64,000 bases of DNA from an uncultured delta proteobacterium. GTDB lineage: Bacteria; Desulfobacterota; Binatia; UBA9968. The stretch covers positions 1 through 64,000 of the forward strand of contig CAVWLW010000036.1 of the NCBI GenBank assembly GCA_963755715.1, given 5' to 3'. Below are positions 59,500-64,000 of the stretch, one piece after another. Below the pieces are notes generated by a model that searched no databases, was not told the origin of the DNA, and saw nothing but the letters and a program-made list of their open reading frames with translations. The stretch's first letter is position 1; each line of letters opens with the position of its first letter. Both the position numbers and the translations under genes were made by a program.

Positions 59500-61500
59500 T
59501 TGACGACGACCTACATTCTCAAAAATTCCATACCAACCGATCGCAACAGCTCAGGGCTCGATTACCGTAATGAGCTTAACCCAGCGCAGCATGAGGCGGC
59601 GACCGCTATGGAAGGCCCGCTGCTCATTATTGCCGGCGCGGGGACGGGTAAGACTCGAACTCTGGTTTATCGCGTCGCCCATCTGATCGATCAGGGCGTC
59701 GATCCGCGCTCGATCCTGCTCCTCACCTTCACGCGCCGTGCCGCCGAGGAAATGCTTCGGCGCGCCAGTCTTTTGATCGATAGCCGGTGTAGCCAAGTTG
59801 CCGGTGGCACCTTCCACTCCTTTGCCAACCTAGTCCTGCGCAAGTCCGGCCGCCATATCGGTCTGTCGCCGTCGTTCACTATTATGGACCGGCCCGATAG
59901 CGAAGACGTGATTCAATTGATTCGCACGGACATGGGGCTCAACCTCAAAGAAAAACGCTTTCCGCGCAAACAGACTGTGGCGGAGATTTTCAGCATGACG
60001 CTGAACAAGCACACGCCGCTCAGCGATTTGCTCGAGCTGGAATATCCCCACCTGGTCGACGTCAATTTTGAGCTCGCCGAGCTTTTCCGCCGCTACATCG
60101 ATTATAAACGCACCAAGTCGCTGGTCGATTATGACGATCTCTTGACCGGGTTGCGCGACCTACTGGCCGATCACGCCGAAGTGCGCCAGCGGCTCTCCGA
60201 CACTTACCGCTTCATCATGGTCGACGAATACCAGGACACCAATCACTTGCAGGCGGAAATCGTCCGGCTGCTCGCCGCGACTCACGACAACGTCGCGGTG
60301 GTCGGCGACGACGCGCAAAGCATTTATTCGTTCCGCGGCGCCAATTTTCGCAACATCATGGATTTTCCCAAACACTTCCCCGGCGCGCGTATCATCAAGC
60401 TCGAAGAAAACTACCGCAGCACTCAACCGATTTTGAATCTGACCAACGAGATCATTCAGCGCGCCAAAGAAGGCTACGACAAGCGCCTGTTCACCAGCAA
60501 AAGCTCGGGCGCGCGTCCCAAGCTCGTCCAGGCCGGCAGCGAGCAGATGCAGTCGCAATTTGTCTGTCAGAAAATTCTCGAACTGCGCGAGGAGGGCGTG
60601 CCGCTGTGGGACATCGCCGTGCTGTTTCGCTCGAGCTTCCATTCCTTCGATCTGGAAGTCGAACTGACGCGGCACAAAATTCCGTTCGTCAAACGCGGTG
60701 GTTTTCAATTCATGGAAACCACCCATGTGAAAGATCTGCTGGCTCATTTGCGCGTTTTAGCCAACCCGCAGGACACGATTTCCTGGAACCGCATCTTACT
60801 CTTGCTCGAAGGCATCGGCCCGGGCGCCGCTCAAAAAATCACCAAATGGCTCCTCGGCGGCCAAAATGCCGTCGAGCGGCTGCGCTCCTACCAAGCCAAA
60901 GGCAAAGTCGCTCAGGAGCTGAGAACGCTTGCCCAAGTGCTCGAAGAAGCCGCACACGCCGAGTTGCCGCAGGAGCAAATGCAGTATCTGCTGCAGTATT
61001 ACGTGCCCCTACTCAAGCAGAATCACCCGGACGACCATCCCAAACGTCTGCGCGACCTGGAGCATTTTCAGGGCATGATGGAACGCTACCGAAGCCTCGA
61101 AACTTTGCTGAGCGACATGGCGCTCGAGCCGCCCAACGACAGCATCGGCGGCGTGCTGGCGGTCGATCCCGACGAGGGGCCGTTGGTTTTGTCGACCATT
61201 CATTCGGCCAAAGGATTGGAATTTCACTCGGTGTTTATTATCTGGGCTTTGGAAGGACGATTTCCGTCGTTTTACAACCTAAACTCCGATGAAGATTTGG
61301 AAGAAGAGCGCCGTCTGCTCTACGTCGCAGCCACCCGCGCCAAACAAAATCTTTTTATGAGCTATCCGAACCGGGTTTTCGATAAGACATTGCGCATGGT
61401 TCTGTCCCGCCCGTCACAATTTATCGACGGAATATCGTCGAGACTACTCGAACCGGTCGCCCTCGTCCCCGAGGGATCTTACTGGGATTGGGAGAGTTAG
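59500..61500 (+). CDS. UvrD/PcrA/Rep-family SF1 DNA helicase
   Basis: AGAGTGKT, LTFT, VDEYQDTN, VGDDAQSIYSFRGA, NYRST, TIHSAKGLEF and EERRLLYVAATRA. Confidence 0.93.
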   Translation: MTTTYILKNSIPTDRNSSGLDYRNELNPAQHEAATAMEGPLLIIAGAGTGKTRTLVYRVAHLIDQGVDPRSILLLTFTRRAAEEMLRRASLLIDSRCSQVAGGTFHSFANLVLRKSGRHIGLSPSFTIMDRPDSEDVIQLIRTDMGLNLKEKRFPRKQTVAEIFSMTLNKHTPLSDLLELEYPHLVDVNFELAELFRRYIDYKRTKSLVDYDDLLTGLRDLLADHAEVRQRLSDTYRFIMVDEYQDTNHLQAEIVRLLAATHDNVAVVGDDAQSIYSFRGANFRNIMDFPKHFPGARIIKLEENYRSTQPILNLTNEIIQRAKEGYDKRLFTSKSSGARPKLVQAGSEQMQSQFVCQKILELREEGVPLWDIAVLFRSSFHSFDLEVELTRHKIPFVKRGGFQFMETTHVKDLLAHLRVLANPQDTISWNRILLLLEGIGPGAAQKITKWLLGGQNAVERLRSYQAKGKVAQELRTLAQVLEEAAHAELPQEQMQYLLQYYVPLLKQNHPDDHPKRLRDLEHFQGMMERYRSLETLLSDMALEPPNDSIGGVLAVDPDEGPLVLSTIHSAKGLEFHSVFIIWALEGRFPSFYNLNSDEDLEEERRLLYVAATRAKQNLFMSYPNRVFDKTLRMVLSRPSQFIDGISSRLLEPVALVPEGSYWDWES

Positions 61501-61503
61501 AAG

Positions 61504-63012
61504 ATGGTGCAACTACTGCTCAACTTTGTCGTTTTCATCAGTGGCGCAGTATTGATGTCCCTCGAAATCGTCGGCAGCCGCGTGCTCGCCCCCAACTTCG
61601 GCAGCTCGATCTTCGTCTGGGGCAGCTTGATCTCGGTGGTGATGGCCGCGTTGAGTATCGGCTATTATTGGGGCGGCTGGTTATCGGCGCGGGAACCCTC
61701 CTACGGCAAGCTGCTCGTGTTGCTCCTGATCCCCGGCATTTTAATTTTCTTTCTGCCGTTCATTTATCCCGCGATCAACGACTGGATCGCCGGCGTCGAT
61801 TTCGGCAATCGTCTCAATCCGCTGGTCTCGTGCAGCGCGCTCTTCCTTTTGCCGGGAGTATTTCTAGGCACGATCTCCCCTTACGCGATCCGTCTCGCCG
61901 CGACCCAATTGCACACCGTCGGCAGCACCGCCGGCACGCTTTACGCCGTGTCGACTTGCGGCAGCATCTGCGGCACGCTGCTGACGGCTTTTTACCTGAT
62001 CCCCGTGCTCGGCGTGGCCAACATTATTCACGCACTCGGCATCACGCTGGCATGTTTGTCTTTGGTTGTAGTACCCTTGGTCCGGCTGCGGGGCGTTTCT
62101 TTGTCGCGGGCTGTCGCCACCGTGTCACTCGCCCTCGGATCACTGAACCTTTTTTGGCCGCCGGTGGCCTGGGCAAAAACCATCTTGCAAAAAGAAACCT
62201 TTTATCACCGCATTCGCATCGAAGAAGACGATGAAGCGCGCTACATGTATTTCGACCGCACGCTTCAGAGTGCCATGAATCTAAAAGATCCGACGGCATT
62301 GCGCCTGATTTACTCGCGCTACACGTCCCTGGGCTTCGCTTTCCGGCCTGACGCGAAGAAAATGTTGATCATCGGCGTGGGCGGCGGCTCGATACCGAAA
62401 AAAGTGCAGAAAGAATTTCCCAACATGGAGATCGATGCCGTTGAGATCGATCCCGAGGTGATCAAGATCGCCAAGGACCACTTCAACATCAAGGAGGGGA
62501 AAAATCTGCGCCTGCACGCGCTGGACGGCCGGCTCTTTTTAACGCGCACGCAGAATCAGTACGATATTATTCTGCTCGACGCCTATTTCACCGATGCGAT
62601 TCCGTTTCATCTCACGACTCGGGAATTTTTTGAATTGGCCCAGAAAAAGCTCACGCCGAACGGCATCATCGTCGCCAATCTGATCAGCGCCGTCACCGGT
62701 CCGTCCGGTAAAATCGTCCGTGCTTTCGTCCGCACCCAGCGGCAAATTTTTCCGCAGACCTATGTCTTCGCCGCGCGCCGCCCGGACAACGTGAGCCTGG
62801 ATACGATTCAGAACGTCATTGTGGTTGCGACGCGCGACAAGCAACGGCTGGACATCAAAGAGATCGTCAAGCGCGCCGCGGCGATCGACAAAGGATTGTT
62901 CCCGGATCCCATCCAAGACATCGCAGTGGCTTATTTCGACAGACCGATCCCCGAAGATGTGCCGATATTAACCGATGATTACGCGCCGACGGACGATCTG
63001 CTCAATCCTTAG
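61504..63012 (+). CDS. Fused membrane domain/spermidine synthase-like methyltransferase
   Basis: SGAVLMSLEIVGSRVLAP, IGVGGG, VEIDP, DGR, ILLDAY and LTDDYAP. Confidence 0.9.
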   Translation: MVQLLLNFVVFISGAVLMSLEIVGSRVLAPNFGSSIFVWGSLISVVMAALSIGYYWGGWLSAREPSYGKLLVLLLIPGILIFFLPFIYPAINDWIAGVDFGNRLNPLVSCSALFLLPGVFLGTISPYAIRLAATQLHTVGSTAGTLYAVSTCGSICGTLLTAFYLIPVLGVANIIHALGITLACLSLVVVPLVRLRGVSLSRAVATVSLALGSLNLFWPPVAWAKTILQKETFYHRIRIEEDDEARYMYFDRTLQSAMNLKDPTALRLIYSRYTSLGFAFRPDAKKMLIIGVGGGSIPKKVQKEFPNMEIDAVEIDPEVIKIAKDHFNIKEGKNLRLHALDGRLFLTRTQNQYDIILLDAYFTDAIPFHLTTREFFELAQKKLTPNGIIVANLISAVTGPSGKIVRAFVRTQRQIFPQTYVFAARRPDNVSLDTIQNVIVVATRDKQRLDIKEIVKRAAAIDKGLFPDPIQDIAVAYFDRPIPEDVPILTDDYAPTDDLLNP

Positions 63013-63628
63013 CGCGCTTTTCATCTGCTCTTGTTCGGTTCTCGGCCCTGACGTGGAGCAACGACTCGTGCGGATCAAAGTCCTCGCCGACGTTTCCTTC
63101 CGCGCGCGCAATCCGAACTGGTCCCAAGAGGTCCGCGGGCTCATCGAAGCCGCCTCGGACTATTATGAGAGAGAATTTGACATTCGGCTCGTGAGCCAAA
63201 GCGTCTCGCCGTGGCCCGAGAAAGAACGCATTCCTTCCACTCCCGAACTGCTCGCCAGACTTAAAAAAGAATGGGCTGTCTCCGGAAAGAACGATGGCTA
63301 CGATTTAATCGTGCTTTTCACAGCCGAGGGCGTTAGCCGGATCTTGACTACGGGTCGGCCGCGCGTCGATCGTATCGGCAATTGCACTGAAGGATTGGCG
63401 AATTATGTAATCGTGCCGGTTACCGCGGTTTTTCACTACCGCGGTCCGAACGCTGAACTGGAGTTCGACGAGATCGCCTTGATTCACGAGCTCGGTCACG
63501 TCTTCGGCGCCGAGCATGTCAATGACAGAGATTCCCTGATGCACGAAGAGTTCGGCTACCGAACCGAGTTCGACGCTAAGAATCGCGCGACGGTCCAGAA
63601 AAACCGCTTGTGCCCATTTGCCAAATAG
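62975..63628 (+). CDS. Metzincin (M10/M12-like) zinc metalloprotease, probable lipoprotein
   Basis: HELGHVFGAEH...SLM Met-turn. Confidence 0.82.
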   Translation: MITRRRTICSILSALFICSCSVLGPDVEQRLVRIKVLADVSFRARNPNWSQEVRGLIEAASDYYEREFDIRLVSQSVSPWPEKERIPSTPELLARLKKEWAVSGKNDGYDLIVLFTAEGVSRILTTGRPRVDRIGNCTEGLANYVIVPVTAVFHYRGPNAELEFDEIALIHELGHVFGAEHVNDRDSLMHEEFGYRTEFDAKNRATVQKNRLCPFAK

Positions 63629-63633
63629 CGAAG

Positions 63634-63711
63634 CAGGCAATAGGCATTAGTAAAAGCAAAAATCCGAAATATATCTTCCGACTATTGCCTGTTGCTAATG
63701 CCTATTGCCTG
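63634..63711. repeat. Heptamer palindrome (AGGCAAT/ATTGCCT)
   Basis: CAGGCAATAGGCATTAG...CTAATGCCTATTGCCTG 17-bp inverted repeat. Confidence 0.75.
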
Positions 63712-63716
63712 AAACT

Positions 63717-64000
63717 ATGTTGAGCAATCTTCGAATCATTTTGGTTCATCCGCGCGGCTCGGGCAACATCGGCTCGGTGGCGCGCGCGATGAAAAATGTC
63801 GATGCCGGCGAGCTCGCCATCGTCGGTAAAGGGCGCACACGGAGTTTTTGGGCGAGAGCGATGGCCGTGCACGGCCGCGAAATCTTGGCTGATGCCAAGT
63901 CCTACGAGACTCTTCGCGATGCGATCGCCGACAGCACACTCGTCGTCGGCACCACGTGCCGAGCCGGACTCTATCGCAGCCACAGCCAAACACCGAAAGA
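63717..64000 (+). CDS. trmJ: TrmJ/LasT-type SPOUT tRNA/rRNA methyltransferase (3'-truncated by the window)
   Basis: MLSNLRIILVHPRGSGNIGSVARAMKN...AMAVHG...VVGTT; absent from the ORF track because it has no stop in the window. Confidence 0.8.
   Translation, partial: MLSNLRIILVHPRGSGNIGSVARAMKNVDAGELAIVGKGRTRSFWARAMAVHGREILADAKSYETLRDAIADSTLVVGTTCRAGLYRSHSQTPK

Noticed and set aside
1-64000. CRISPR arrays, rRNA/tRNA genes, prophage or defence systems
   Set aside because: No regularly spaced repeat-spacer arrays, structural RNA signatures, phage genes or recognisable defence genes were seen.

Overview
A GC-rich bacterial chromosomal segment. The gene content (many NMT1/SsuA- and Fe3+-type substrate-binding proteins without permeases, LigXa-type Rieske oxygenases, amidohydrolase, cupin) suggests a Candidatus Binatia-like 'deltaproteobacterial' MAG; this is an inference. 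At least a dozen small indels break otherwise intact genes, including ettA, and are most likely long-read consensus errors. Layout: (1) right end of an IS1182-family element that appears inserted into a REP-like palindrome (1-803); (2) catabolic and transport genes (0.85-11.7 kb); (3) a terC gene with an unusual C-terminal extension, preceded by a putative exported leader peptide and an anti-Shine-Dalgarno segment (11.8-13.4 kb); (4) a stressosome operon, rsbR-rsbS-rsbT-[RsbT/PP2C]-[RsbT/HK/REC/REC]-[REC/HK/REC], with no sigmaB module (13.4-19.9 kb); (5) a visibly AT-richer general-stress island (21.5-34.2 kb) with tandem MEDS proteins, two hemerythrin-like proteins, BON, 17M-like, YihY, DAGK, DUF1003, DUF4112, AhpD-like, stand-alone receivers and microproteins, carrying four well-formed sigma54 (-24/-12) motifs; (6) ettA, an aromatic-acid catabolic cluster, more SBPs, rfbD and envelope proteins; (7) a UvrD-like helicase, a membrane/spermidine-synthase fusion, a metalloprotease and a partial trmJ-like gene. 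No rRNA, tRNA or CRISPR array was seen. The best candidates for undescribed systems are the terC leader-peptide attenuator and a stressosome-adjacent, sigma54-driven stress regulon.
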